A DNA stretch of 64,000 nucleotides from Acidobacteriota bacterium (GCA_031423495.1 JANPFP010000125.1:19865-83864); one strand, 5' to 3'; shown: positions 1-9,782, counted from the first letter of the stretch. Notes: a model not told the origin generated them from the sequence alone. Program-made: numbers and translations.

Positions 1-264
1 GTTTCCCCTGGCTTTATCGGGCGGGAAGTCATAGCCATCCCCATTTCAACGAGACAGCGCGGAGCGACAACTGCTCCCTATGACATTTTGTTTGACGTGA
101 CGAATCCTGAGTTTTCTCAAAGCGGATTACGCTTTCCTTCCGTGTTCCGCGCAAACAAGCTGGTTACGCTTGACGAATCATTACTGCGGAGCCGCTTGGG
201 CAAGCTCGGCGCAAAAACCAGCTTGGTCGTTGACCTGCAATTGCGAAAGGCGCTCTCGCTGTAA
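1..264 (+). CDS. PemK/MazF-family type II toxin, C-terminal fragment (5' end outside window)
   Basis: Frame 1 reads ...[70 protein letters not shown]...* ending at TAA 262-264. This matches the PemK/MazF pattern (vvPiTs...GL.k.Svv.cdqi.tid..rl). Confidence 0.5.
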   Translation, partial: VSPGFIGREVIAIPISTRQRGATTAPYDILFDVTNPEFSQSGLRFPSVFRANKLVTLDESLLRSRLGKLGAKTSLVVDLQLRKALSL

Positions 265-266
265 TC

Positions 267-1937
267 ATGAACTTTCTCGAACACATCTTTCGCCACCTAA
301 GCAAAACGCCTCATCGTCCGGTCGTCCGCGAAATCATTGACGGGCAGTTCGTCACGGTGACGTGCGGCGAATTGCTCGCGCAGATCAACGCGGCGCGTAC
401 GTTCATCCGCTTATCCAAGCTGCAATCCGGCGACCGCGTAGGCTTGCTCGCGCCCAATTCGATTCGTTGGGCGGCGATGGATTTGGCCTTGATGGCCGAG
501 GGCGTCGTCGTCGTACCGCTTTACGCGCGGCAAGACCCGAAAGAGTTGGTCGGCATGCTCAGGGATTGCGGTGCGGGCTTGGTCGTATGCGCCGATGAAT
601 CTTTACGTAAAGGCATCGCCGACCATTGGCCTAAAGACAGCGGAGCCTTTCCGCCGCCGCTGAAATTATTCGACGACATCTTTGCTCATACGCCTGACAG
701 CGCGCTCGACGACACGCCCAATGCTCGTAAAGATGAAGACCTCGTGACGATTATTTATACGTCGGGAACTTCGGGCGAACCCAAGGGCGTGATGCTGAAT
801 ACGACGAACCTGAATCACATGGTTCCTTGCACGGGCGCGCGCCTCGACCAATTGATGGAAGGCGCGACCGACAACGTAGCCGATCAGGTCTTTCATTATT
901 TGCCGTTCTGTTTTGCCGGTTCGTGGATTCTGTTGCTCACCGCCTTGTCGCGCCGCAGCCTGTTGTCGCTCTCGATGGATTTGAACAAGCTCGCCGACGA
1001 ACTCAAACTCGCCGCGCCGAACTATTGTTTGAACGTGCCTACGTTGCTCGAACGCATTCGCACGGGTGTTGAGAACCAAATCGCTACGAAACCCGGTGTC
1101 ATTCAATCGATCTATCAAAACGGCAAGGCCGCGTGGTTGCGTCGGCAGGAAGGGCAGGGCGGCGCGTTTGATACGTTGCAATTCAAGCTGGCGGACTGGC
1201 TGATTTTCAGCAACGTCAAAAAGAAAATCGGCGTGCAACTCAAAGCGTTGATTTGCGGCTCGGCTCCGCTGAACAAAGAGACGCAGCTTTTCTTTCAGAT
1301 GCTGGGCATCAAGGCGTTGCAGGTTTACGGATTGACCGAGACGACGGCCATTTGCACAATGGATGACCCGCGCGCTTATGTGCCGGGTCGCGTAGGCCCC
1401 GCCATCCCCGGCATCGAAATGCAACTGGGCGAAGGCGACGAAATCATCATTCGCGGGCCGCATATTTTCGCGGGCTATTGGAATAAACCAGAGGCTACGT
1501 CGGCGGCGTTGCGCGACAGCTGGTTCCATACGGGCGATCAGGGCGCGGTGGATGCGCAAGGCAATTGGGCCATCACCGGACGCCTCAAGAACCTGCTCAT
1601 TCTCAAATCGGGCCACAACGTCGCGCCCGAACCGCTCGAAGAAAAGCTCGCCTTCCACTTGCCCGCCGCGCAACAGTGCGTAGTGTTCGGCAATGATCGC
1701 GGCTTCCTGACGGCGCTCATTACGGGCGAAGTGAGTGCGACACAGGCCGACACCGCCGTCGCCCAACTCAACGCCGACCTGCCGCATTACAAACAGGTAC
1801 GCGCTTATCACCTGAGCAAAGAACCGCTCACGATTGAAAGCGGCTTGCTCACGGCGAACGGCAAACTCAAACGCGACGCCATCGCCAAACATTTCGTGGC
1901 GGAAATCGAAACGATGTATAGCAATACAAAGGCGTAG
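267..1937 (+). CDS. AMP-dependent synthetase/ligase (long-chain-fatty-acid--CoA ligase-like)
   Basis: 556 aa. AMP-binding motif [12 protein letters not shown], later YGLTET and GDxG/TGR regions; typical acyl-CoA synthetase length. Confidence 0.8.
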   Translation: MNFLEHIFRHLSKTPHRPVVREIIDGQFVTVTCGELLAQINAARTFIRLSKLQSGDRVGLLAPNSIRWAAMDLALMAEGVVVVPLYARQDPKELVGMLRDCGAGLVVCADESLRKGIADHWPKDSGAFPPPLKLFDDIFAHTPDSALDDTPNARKDEDLVTIIYTSGTSGEPKGVMLNTTNLNHMVPCTGARLDQLMEGATDNVADQVFHYLPFCFAGSWILLLTALSRRSLLSLSMDLNKLADELKLAAPNYCLNVPTLLERIRTGVENQIATKPGVIQSIYQNGKAAWLRRQEGQGGAFDTLQFKLADWLIFSNVKKKIGVQLKALICGSAPLNKETQLFFQMLGIKALQVYGLTETTAICTMDDPRAYVPGRVGPAIPGIEMQLGEGDEIIIRGPHIFAGYWNKPEATSAALRDSWFHTGDQGAVDAQGNWAITGRLKNLLILKSGHNVAPEPLEEKLAFHLPAAQQCVVFGNDRGFLTALITGEVSATQADTAVAQLNADLPHYKQVRAYHLSKEPLTIESGLLTANGKLKRDAIAKHFVAEIETMYSNTKA

Positions 1938-1940
1938 CAG

Positions 1941-2097
1941 TGTCCGTAGCCCGACCGTTAGAGAGGGCTACCGTCACGAGGCGCTTGTTGATGCCGAAGG
2001 GCGCTATGCCGAGATAGCCCTCTCTAACGGTCGGGCTACGGACACAAAAAGGGCGCAATGCCGAGGTAGCCCTCTCTAACGGTCGGGCTACGGACAC
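1941..2097. repeat. Palindromic intergenic repeat, family 1: full copy plus adjacent duplicated half copy
   Basis: GTCCGTAGCCCGACCGTTAGAGAGGGCTAC ... GTAGCCCTCTCTAACGGTCGGGCTACGGAC forms 30-nt inverted arms around a ~45-nt core. The right arm is duplicated again at 2051-2097. Near-identical arms recur at 53304-53410 and 57061-57189. Confidence 0.8.
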
Positions 2098-2195
2098 AAA
2101 ACCGTTCCCGCAAAATTGAAAGGCAGGCCAATTCATCAGCGGGCAATGATGCCAATCGTTCAACGGCTGGTCATTGGAATTCAGGCCGATACATC

Positions 2196-2423
2196 GGCCT
2201 TTCCCGCAGGGCGATTAGGCCAGCCGTTCAACGGCTGGTAAGCCGAGAGATATTTTGGATAGCCCGTTTGAACGGGCTTCCCAAAACTGGCTTCAGCCAA
2301 CGGGTTTCGACGCCCATCGGCTAAAGCCAGACACGAGAAAGACGCTAAAAGCGCCTTAACCGCAAACCGTCGCGCTTTACCAGCCGTCGAACGGCTGGCC
2401 TAATCGCCCTCGCGGGAAAGCCC
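2196..2423. mobile_element. MITE-like element with ~45-bp terminal inverted repeats
   Basis: Left arm GGCCTTTCCCGCAGGGCGATTAGGCCAGCCGTTCAACGGCTGG (2196-2238). Right arm at 2380-2423 is its reverse complement with 2-3 mismatches. An internal hairpin AGCCCGTTTGAACGGGCT is present, and an extra CGTTCAACGGCTGG core copy lies at 2146-2170. No coding capacity. Confidence 0.55.
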
Positions 2424-2666
2424 GATGAACGGGCTGGCAGATGTCACGCAGCGACTGCGTAAAAACGAACCGAAGAAAGGCTGATTCAATATGTTCATTT
2501 TGGCTGGCACATGCATCTTTCTCAGCATCGTGCTGGGCATTATGGGTTTGATGGCGTGGGGCGCGATGACGACGGAACCTCCAACGGATGAGCCAGCGTC
2601 GAGCGAGACACCGATACCACAGACCAATGAAGACTCCGAAAATTAAAACAGTAATACCTCATCACT

Positions 2667-3587
2667 ATGCCAATTCCTGATTATCAAACCTTGATGCTGC
2701 CGCTGCTCAAATATGCTGCTGATGAGCAAGAACACTCTTTGCGCGAAGCCATTGAATCGTTGGCTGATCAATTTCAACTCTCTGATGAGGATAGAAAAGA
2801 ACTACTTCCAAGCGGACAACAAGCTAGGTTTGATAATCGGGTTGGATGGGCGTGCACCTATCTGAAGAAAGCAGGTCTTTTAGAAGGATCAAGACGCGGG
2901 TATTTTAGGGCCACTGAACGAGGGCGTTCGGTATTGGGTAATGACCTTCAACGCATTGACCAAGCATACTTGCGCAAATTTCCTGAGTTTGTTGAATTCC
3001 AAAATCGCAGCAAAAGAAATTCTGACGAGGACGCGGTTTCACCTGAAATTGAGCAAAACGTTGAGATGACTCCAGAGGAATTAATTGAGTCTGCTCACCA
3101 AAGTTTGCGAGAAAATTTAGCTGCCGAGCTTTTGCAAACTATCAAAGGTTGTTCCCCTAATTTTTTTGAGCGCCTCGTCGTTGATTTGCTTTTGAAGATG
3201 GGCTACGGCGGCACTCGGCGCGACGCTGGCAAAGCTATCGGCAAGAGTGGAGATGGTGGAATTGACGGCGTCATCAACGAAGATCGGTTAGGTCTGGACG
3301 CTGTTTATATTCAAGCCAAAAGATGGGAAGGCTCTGTAGGCCGACCAGAAATTCAAAAATTTGTTGGCGCGTTACAAGGCCAACGAGCGCGCAAGGGCAT
3401 TTTTATCACTACATCATGGTTCACACGGGAGGCATTTGATTACGCTGGCAGAATTGAAAGTAAGGTCATTCTTATTGACGGCGAACAGCTTGCTCAATAC
3501 ATGATTGATTTCAATGTTGGTGTTTCTATCATCGCCAATTACGAACTCAAGAAAGTTGATCAGGATTACTTTACTGATGAACTATAA
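2667..3587 (+). CDS. mrr: Mrr-family methylation-dependent (type IV) restriction endonuclease
   Basis: 306 aa. Mrr_N-like winged-helix N-terminus. Mrr_cat core GKSGDGGIDGVINEDRLGLDAVYIQAKRW... is the Mrr-type PD-(D/E)xK variant (D..QAK). The gene is clearly AT-richer than its flanks. Confidence 0.75.
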   Translation: MPIPDYQTLMLPLLKYAADEQEHSLREAIESLADQFQLSDEDRKELLPSGQQARFDNRVGWACTYLKKAGLLEGSRRGYFRATERGRSVLGNDLQRIDQAYLRKFPEFVEFQNRSKRNSDEDAVSPEIEQNVEMTPEELIESAHQSLRENLAAELLQTIKGCSPNFFERLVVDLLLKMGYGGTRRDAGKAIGKSGDGGIDGVINEDRLGLDAVYIQAKRWEGSVGRPEIQKFVGALQGQRARKGIFITTSWFTREAFDYAGRIESKVILIDGEQLAQYMIDFNVGVSIIANYELKKVDQDYFTDEL

Positions 3588-3632
3588 CGCATTCCTGATA
3601 GGGAATGGGCTTATCAAGAAAGCATCGCAAGC

Positions 3633-4436
3633 ATGAATCAATTTCAGGGCGCAACGCTCTCGTGGGAACTCAAAGACGGATGTATCGAGCTCGCCTTGCA
3701 TCAGGAACCGGCGAACGAAATCGGCCTGCAAACATTGGCTGAACTCGAACGGTTCGTTGTTGCGCACGAGACGCTGCAACACGAGGCGCACGCGCTCATC
3801 ATTCACAGTGTGGTCAAGGCCGGTTTTTCGGCGGGCGCAGACTTGCGGGATTTATACGCGCAAGCCGATGCGATGGGATTCGCCAACGCAGCGCCGCAAG
3901 TGCGCGACTTTCTCAAGCGCATTCACGCCGTGATGAATACGTTGGACGCTTCGCCGCTGACGACGATTGCGGCAGTGCATGGCGTATGTTTTGGCGGTGG
4001 CTTTGAACTCGCGCTCGTCACCGATTTGATCGTAGCCGACAAGCTCGCGCGCTTTTGCTTTCCCGAATTGCGGCTGGGCTTGATTCCCGGTTTCGGCGGC
4101 ATTCCGCGTTTGCGGCGCGATCTGGGCAATGCGCTCGTCCGCGATTTGTTGCTCACCGGACGCAGCCTCAACGCCGCGCGCGCACAAGCCGTCGGCCTCG
4201 TGAGCCAATTAGTTGGCGAAGGCGATGCGCTCAAAGTCGCGCGCTTCACGGCGGCGCAGGTCAAGAAATTCGACCGTCAGACGAGCGCAGCGGCTAAACG
4301 ATTTATCAAACCGATTCCTTATGCGGAGTTAGAACAAGAGATTGAAATTTTTTGCGACCTCTTCACGCGACCCGCGACTGAAGCGGGTTTGCGCAAGTTC
4401 GTAGAAAGCACTGATAAACAACCTTATTTACCGTGA
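3633..4436 (+). CDS. Enoyl-CoA hydratase/isomerase (crotonase) family protein
   Basis: 267 aa. Crotonase-fold motifs GADLRDL and VHGVCFGGGFELALVTDLIVA. Confidence 0.75.
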   Translation: MNQFQGATLSWELKDGCIELALHQEPANEIGLQTLAELERFVVAHETLQHEAHALIIHSVVKAGFSAGADLRDLYAQADAMGFANAAPQVRDFLKRIHAVMNTLDASPLTTIAAVHGVCFGGGFELALVTDLIVADKLARFCFPELRLGLIPGFGGIPRLRRDLGNALVRDLLLTGRSLNAARAQAVGLVSQLVGEGDALKVARFTAAQVKKFDRQTSAAAKRFIKPIPYAELEQEIEIFCDLFTRPATEAGLRKFVESTDKQPYLP

Positions 4437-4456
4437 GGCATTTGAAGTAAGAGTCC

Positions 4457-5458
4457 ATGACGAAAAAACTGAGAGCCAAAATCACTGCGCTGGGGACGTA
4501 TGTTCCGCCGCGCGTCGTCACCAATCACGACATCGAAAAGATGGTCGCCACCAATCACGACTGGATCGTAGATCGCACGGGCATACACGAACGCCACTGG
4601 GTCGAACCGGGTACGCCCGCGTCTGAGTTGGGCGCGCAAGCCGCTACGCTGGCGCTAAAACAGCGTGGCATCGAACCCGATGAAATCGAACTCATCATCG
4701 TCTCGACGGTGACGCCCGATATGATGTTCCCTTCGACGGCTTGCATGATTCAGCACAAGATTCGCGCGAATAAAGCGTGGGGCTTCGACATTCTGGCGGC
4801 GTGTTCGTCGTTTCTTTACGCGCTCACGACGGGCGCGCAATTCATCGAGAACGGTACGCATAAAAAAGTATTGATCGTCGGAACAGACGTGATGACGAGC
4901 ATCCTGAATCCTGAAGATAGAACTACGCTCGTGCTATTCGGCGACGGTGCGGGCGCGATTTTGTTAGAGCCTTGCGAAGAAGGCGAAGACGTTGGCCTGA
5001 TTGATTATCATCACGAAATTGACGGCGCGGGCGGGCAGCATTTGTATATGCCCGGCGGCGGCAGTTTGCATCCGTCTTCGGCTGAAACGGTCGCGCAGAA
5101 GATGCATTATGTTCATCAAAACGGACAGGCCGTTTTCAAATTCGCCGTGCGCAAGATGGAAGAACTCAGCACCGGCATGCTCGCTAAACACAACCTGACC
5201 GGCGACGATCTTGCGCTGTTCATTTCGCACCAGGCGAACATGCGCATCATTGACGCGACGGCCAACAAGCTGGGCTTGCCTCCTGAAAAGGTCATCAAGA
5301 ACATTCACAAATATGGCAACACGACGGCGGCGACGATTCCGCTGGCGATGAACGACGCGATCAATGACGGCAAGCTGAAAAAAGGCGATTTGGTTTTATT
5401 CGCGGCGGTGGGCGCGGGCTTTACGGCGGGTTCGGTGTTGCTGCGGTGGGCTTATTGA
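4457..5458 (+). CDS. fabH: 3-oxoacyl-ACP synthase III (KAS III, FabH-like)
   Basis: 333 aa. Active-site Cys context [10 protein letters not shown]. His/Asn region HQANMRII...[12 protein letters not shown] as in FabH. Confidence 0.8.
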   Translation: MTKKLRAKITALGTYVPPRVVTNHDIEKMVATNHDWIVDRTGIHERHWVEPGTPASELGAQAATLALKQRGIEPDEIELIIVSTVTPDMMFPSTACMIQHKIRANKAWGFDILAACSSFLYALTTGAQFIENGTHKKVLIVGTDVMTSILNPEDRTTLVLFGDGAGAILLEPCEEGEDVGLIDYHHEIDGAGGQHLYMPGGGSLHPSSAETVAQKMHYVHQNGQAVFKFAVRKMEELSTGMLAKHNLTGDDLALFISHQANMRIIDATANKLGLPPEKVIKNIHKYGNTTAATIPLAMNDAINDGKLKKGDLVLFAAVGAGFTAGSVLLRWAY

Positions 5459-5472
5459 GATGAGATACCTTT

Positions 5473-5694
5473 ATGAAAATGGAAGACGATGAAGTCATGA
5501 AAGAAGTGCGCCGGGTACGCGATGAAATAGCAGCGCGTTTTAATTACGATGTTGATGCAATCGGCGCGCACTACCTTGAATTGCAAGAAAAGAGTGGAAT
5601 CAAGACCGTCTCTCTGCCGCCAAGAAAACCAGTATGTTTGCCGACGAATGAAGTCTCGGCGGATTTTGAGGAAGTGGCGGCTTTGCCGCAGTGA
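5473..5694 (+). CDS. Small hypothetical protein (73 aa); 3' end lies inside a repeat arm
   Basis: ORF with acidic N-terminus. Its last ~6 codons are encoded by the left TIR of the 5678-5893 element. Coding status uncertain. Confidence 0.25.
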   Translation: MKMEDDEVMKEVRRVRDEIAARFNYDVDAIGAHYLELQEKSGIKTVSLPPRKPVCLPTNEVSADFEEVAALPQ

Positions 5695-5893
5695 TGTGCG
5701 GAAAGTCTCTGACTTTCCGGTAGGCTGATAAACCTATCGGGCTACGCCCGTAACGTCACTGAGGTTAAGTCCCAACGGCTTTCGTCTTCGTCAATTTTGG
5801 TTGATTGATTGACGCTGCGGGCATAGCCCGAAGTGAAAGTTTGCCCCCTGCCGGAAAGTCAGAGACTTTCCGCACATCACTGCGGCAAAGCCG
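5678..5893. mobile_element. MITE-like element with 44-bp perfect terminal inverted repeats
   Basis: GCGGCTTTGCCGCAGTGATGTGCGGAAAGTCTCTGACTTTCCGG (5678-5721) is the exact reverse complement of 5850-5893. The ~130-bp internal AT-richer segment has no ORF. Confidence 0.55.
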
Positions 5894-5914
5894 CAAAGAA
5901 AGTTTGGTAAGGAA

Positions 5915-6853
5915 GTGATTGAGAAAGTAATGATGAGAAAATCGAAAGCGGAAAAATGCGCGAACCTCCTGGCAGTGTTGTTCAGTTTCACTTTTACCTT
6001 TGCCCTTGCCTCCGTCGGATATGCGCAAACCAAACTCACCGGACAAGTCGTCTGTTCGCAATGCTGGTCTGAAGCCGACCGCGACAAGGTCGCTTACGGT
6101 ACGCCCGCCGATATGGATTGCGCGAAAGAGTGCGCCGCCAAAGGCATCGGCGCTTCGCTCGCGGTCAAAGGTGAAAAGGACTGGACGCTCTATGAACTCG
6201 AATCCGGCACGTTCAAGAAACCCGGCAAAGACTGGCTCGCGTTTATGGCGCAGCAAGTCGAAATCACCGGAGCGACGCGCAAAGCGGGCGATAAGCAATT
6301 CGTGAAAGTGAATGCGCTGACGACGCTGGGCAATGCCAACGCGCTGGCGAATCAAGCCGCCGCCAAGCTGATCGGCACCGAAGCCGAACTCGCGCTCAAA
6401 GACCTGTTTGGCGCAGAGCAAAAGTTAAGCTCATATCGCGGGCGTCCCGTGTTGATTAACTTTTGGGCTACGTGGTGCGGGCCGTGCGTGAAAGAAATGC
6501 CCGAACTCGTCGCGTTGCAAAACGAATACGCCGCCTATGGCTTGCAGGTGATTGGCGCGACGGCGGATACGACTGAGACGTTGAAAGAAGTACGTGCCTT
6601 CATCAAAACCGCGAAGCTAAACTTTCCCGTATGGATGGGCGCGACTACGCAAGACATGGCGAAGTTCGGCTTGGGGCCAGCGTTGCCGGGTTCAGTCTTG
6701 ATCGGGCGCGACGGCAAGATCGTAGCCATTTTCAACGGCGTCATCACCGCCGCTGAACTCAAAAAGAAACTCGAAGCGTTGATCGCGCAAGCCGATAAAG
6801 AAGCCAAAAAACAAATCGCGCAAACGGCTGATTATTCGAGCGTACCGAGTTGA
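5915..6853 (+). CDS. Secreted TlpA/ResA-like thiol-disulfide oxidoreductase (thioredoxin fold) with N-terminal extra domain
   Basis: 312 aa. Signal-peptide-like N-terminus. Redoxin motif WATWCGPC. Confidence 0.7.
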   Translation: MIEKVMMRKSKAEKCANLLAVLFSFTFTFALASVGYAQTKLTGQVVCSQCWSEADRDKVAYGTPADMDCAKECAAKGIGASLAVKGEKDWTLYELESGTFKKPGKDWLAFMAQQVEITGATRKAGDKQFVKVNALTTLGNANALANQAAAKLIGTEAELALKDLFGAEQKLSSYRGRPVLINFWATWCGPCVKEMPELVALQNEYAAYGLQVIGATADTTETLKEVRAFIKTAKLNFPVWMGATTQDMAKFGLGPALPGSVLIGRDGKIVAIFNGVITAAELKKKLEALIAQADKEAKKQIAQTADYSSVPS

Positions 6854-6880
6854 CCGAGTTGACCGGGCGAGGGCCGCGCC

Positions 6881-7408
6881 GTGAGCGGGGCAGCAAACAC
6901 ATCAAAGCAAAAGTTCACGTTCAGCGCGCGTTGGCTGCCCGGTCAGATTGATCGTGCGGCATGGCGCACTACGCTGACCTATCGTTTTCATCCGCGCTTG
7001 ACGGCGGGCGTTGAATACAACCCGTCGGTAGGCGAATTCAAACCGCTGGTGAATTTTTTGCTGTTGACCGAAACGGCGAAACGTCCGGCGGTGATGTTGG
7101 GTACGAGTACGGATCGTTTAGGTACGCCGTCGGGGCAATCGTTTTATGCGACGGTGAGCAAGAGCATCCGCCGCGAAGTCGGTCTGCCCGTCGCGCCTTA
7201 CGTCGGCATCGCGTATGGCACTTATGAACACCGCTGGCTGCCGCTGGCGGGCGCGAACATCACGCTGACCAAACGCCTTTCGAGCGGCATCGTCTTCAAT
7301 GGCGTAGACACGCACGGCATGGTCAATTATCAGTTTGACCGCCACGTCGTTTCGCTCGTGATGGTGCGAATGCACGAACCGGGCGTGAGTTACAGCATTG
7401 TATTTTGA
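6881..7408 (+). CDS. Hypothetical protein (175 aa, GTG start)
   Basis: ORF in frame with good codon usage. No recognisable motif. Confidence 0.4.
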   Translation: MSGAANTSKQKFTFSARWLPGQIDRAAWRTTLTYRFHPRLTAGVEYNPSVGEFKPLVNFLLLTETAKRPAVMLGTSTDRLGTPSGQSFYATVSKSIRREVGLPVAPYVGIAYGTYEHRWLPLAGANITLTKRLSSGIVFNGVDTHGMVNYQFDRHVVSLVMVRMHEPGVSYSIVF

Positions 7409-7416
7409 ACAGTACG

Positions 7417-7477
7417 TAGTCCCGCCTTCAGGCGGAATGTCGTGATAGCCGAGACATTCCGCCTGAAGGCGGGACTA
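7417..7477 (+). terminator. Long perfect hairpin (27-bp stem), probable terminator/REP-like element
   Basis: AGTCCCGCCTTCAGGCGGAATGTCGTGATAGCCGAGACATTCCGCCTGAAGGCGGGACT immediately after the stop at 7408. Confidence 0.5.
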
Positions 7478-7491
7478 CATGCAATTTTCAT

Positions 7492-7734
7492 ATGAAAACT
7501 CTCGAACAAATCATTGATGAAATCCTGACGCTCGCGGCGACCCATTTCAAAGTCGAACGCGCGGCGCTCACACCGACCGACGACTTTTTCAAAACGCTGG
7601 GCATTGACAGTTTGCAGGCGCTCGAATTGCTCACACGGCTCGAAAACCATTTCGGTGTCGAACTGCCTGATTACGAAGTGCAAGGCGTAAGCGACTTTCG
7701 CACGCTGGCCGAGCGCATCGAAGCCCGGCTGTAA
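7492..7734 (+). CDS. Acyl carrier protein (phosphopantetheine-binding)
   Basis: 80 aa. Helix II motif [11 protein letters not shown] with the Ser attachment site. Confidence 0.75.
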   Translation: MKTLEQIIDEILTLAATHFKVERAALTPTDDFFKTLGIDSLQALELLTRLENHFGVELPDYEVQGVSDFRTLAERIEARL

Positions 7735-7838
7735 ACCGTGACTCCGACGAAGTTGAAACCACGTCGGAAGAAAACGCATAATCCCAGCCATCCCCATCAC
7801 GCTTCCCCCATCATTCGTTAAATTCAACGAGGTATCGC

Positions 7839-9602
7839 ATGAAGTCTTGCTCACTGGCCTTGTGCCTGTGGTTGTGTTCTGTTGTTTCGCTTGCGCAAAT
7901 CAACGCGCGACTGGTCGGTCAACTCGATCCTTATCCTGACGTCAAAAATCGTTATGCCGATGTGTGGGGCGAGGGGAATTACGCCTATCTCGCGTCTTAT
8001 CGTGGCAGCGGCGTGATGATTATTGATATTTCAGACCCGCGTAATCCGCGCCAAGTGGGTTTTTATGACGCGCCCAACTCGGCGCAATTCCGCGATGTGA
8101 TTGTTAAAAATGGCATCGGGTATTTTTCGAGTGACGACGGCCTGGGCGTACACATCGTGGATGTGCGCGACCCGGTCAATCCGCGCTTGCTGAGTACAAT
8201 CACGCCTAACGAACAAGGCTTTAGCTCGGTTCACGAACAGCATTTAGACAACGGCTTTCTGATCGAATCGGATTCGCGTACGAACGTGATTAAAATTTTT
8301 GACGTGCGCGATCCGGCGCGTCCGGTGTTTAAGTGGGACGTGACGGTCAACAGCACGCGCGAAGCCGTGCATAACACCTTCGCGCAAAACGGGCGGATGT
8401 ATACGTCGGGGCTGAATGGCACGATGGATGTTTACGATATTTCGAATCTGGCGACGACTGCGCCGCGCCGCTTGGCGACGATCAACAGCGGCGGCGGTTC
8501 ACATAGTTCGTGGGCGACGAATGACGGAAAAATTCTCGCCAGTTGCCGCGAATCTTTCGGCGGTGACGTGCGGCTTTATGACATGACAGATGGCGTGAAT
8601 CCGAAGCTGGTCTCGACGATCACGCTCGCCTCTATCGGTCTCACGACCGAACGCGACGGTTATAGCGCGCACAATCCCGTGATCGTCGGCAACATGCTTT
8701 TCGTCACGTGGTATCAGGCGGGTACGTTGGTGTGGGACATCAGCAATCCCGCGACGCCGGTTTATCTGGGCGGCTATGACACTTTCTCCGGCCCGGTGAA
8801 TTGTCCGGCTGATTGCTATGAAGGCAATTGGGGCGTTTATCCGTTCAGCGGACTCGACCGCGTGCTGTTGAGCGATCTAGACGGCGGGCTGTTTATTGTG
8901 GATTTCAGCGCCCTCATCCCGAACGCCAAAGTCGTATCGTCCGCCAGTTATAGTTTCACCAGCCTCGCGCCGAATTCCATCGCGACCGCGTTTGGTGTCA
9001 ATCTGGCGAATGCCACCAGCGCTGCGAGTGCGATTCCGTTGCCGACGACTTTGGGTGGGGCACGCATTGCCGTGCAGGACGTGACGGGCACCGAACGCCT
9101 TGCACCGCTGTTTTTCGCCTCGCCCGGACAGATCAATTTTCAGCTTCCACCGGACACGCAACCCGGCCCGCTGTTGTTGAAATTCACCGACGCCAGCGGA
9201 CGCATTACGCAATCCGCCGCCGTCGCGCAATCGGCTGCGCCTTCGATTTTCACCCTCGACGCCAGCGGCAACGGAGCCGCCGCTGCTACAGACGCTATCA
9301 CCGGAGCCTTGCCGCCTTATGCCGCGTTGCGCGCCAACGGTGAGGCGAACATCCTTGCGGTGTATTTCACGGGCTTGGGCGCGGATGCCACCGACAGCGC
9401 GACGGCTAACGTAGCGAGTTCGGTGAGCGTGTTCATCAACGGTTTGCCTGCCACGGTGCAATACGCCGGACGCGCGCCGGGCTTTGTCGGGCTGAATCAG
9501 TTGAACATTGTGTTGCCTGCCGGGTTATCAAGTGGTGCGCAACGCTTGCGTATCGGCAGAGGCGGCTTGTTCAGCAACGAAACTACGATTGCGATTCGAT
9601 GA
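7839..9602 (+). CDS. Secreted LVIVD-repeat beta-propeller protein with Acidobacterial-type C-terminal domain
   Basis: 587 aa. Signal peptide. Repeated units GVMIIDISDPRNP / LGVHIVDVRDPVNP / VIKIFDVRDPARP / GTLVWDISNPATP. The C-terminus (...QLNIVLPAGL..GAQRLRI) resembles the TIGR03437/Soli_cterm tail. Confidence 0.55.
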   Translation: MKSCSLALCLWLCSVVSLAQINARLVGQLDPYPDVKNRYADVWGEGNYAYLASYRGSGVMIIDISDPRNPRQVGFYDAPNSAQFRDVIVKNGIGYFSSDDGLGVHIVDVRDPVNPRLLSTITPNEQGFSSVHEQHLDNGFLIESDSRTNVIKIFDVRDPARPVFKWDVTVNSTREAVHNTFAQNGRMYTSGLNGTMDVYDISNLATTAPRRLATINSGGGSHSSWATNDGKILASCRESFGGDVRLYDMTDGVNPKLVSTITLASIGLTTERDGYSAHNPVIVGNMLFVTWYQAGTLVWDISNPATPVYLGGYDTFSGPVNCPADCYEGNWGVYPFSGLDRVLLSDLDGGLFIVDFSALIPNAKVVSSASYSFTSLAPNSIATAFGVNLANATSAASAIPLPTTLGGARIAVQDVTGTERLAPLFFASPGQINFQLPPDTQPGPLLLKFTDASGRITQSAAVAQSAAPSIFTLDASGNGAAAATDAITGALPPYAALRANGEANILAVYFTGLGADATDSATANVASSVSVFINGLPATVQYAGRAPGFVGLNQLNIVLPAGLSSGAQRLRIGRGGLFSNETTIAIR

Positions 9603-9782
9603 GAAGAAAAAAATCCATAATTTTGAATTCATGCTAGACATCACCAAGTTGGATAACTATCATCCTACGCGCCGTCCTGGTAAATAACGCTGATGTCACC
9701 ACGCAGCGTTCAAGACAAACAGATTTAACGCCGACACTGACTGAAGTTAAGACTTATTGATCGGCAAACTCAACGGTGATTT

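Noticed and set aside
666-1892. 408-aa ORF on the minus strand fully inside the acyl-CoA ligase gene
   Set aside because: Antisense shadow ORF typical of high-GC DNA. No motifs, Arg/Ala-rich low-complexity translation. The sense strand carries a clear AMP-binding enzyme.
1834-2163. Small ORFs (81 and 98 aa) spanning the family-1 palindromic repeats (translation VRSPTVREGY...)
   Set aside because: They are encoded by the inverted repeat itself. The same peptide string appears wherever the repeat occurs (e.g. 53291-53587), which is a hallmark of a repeat artefact, not a gene.
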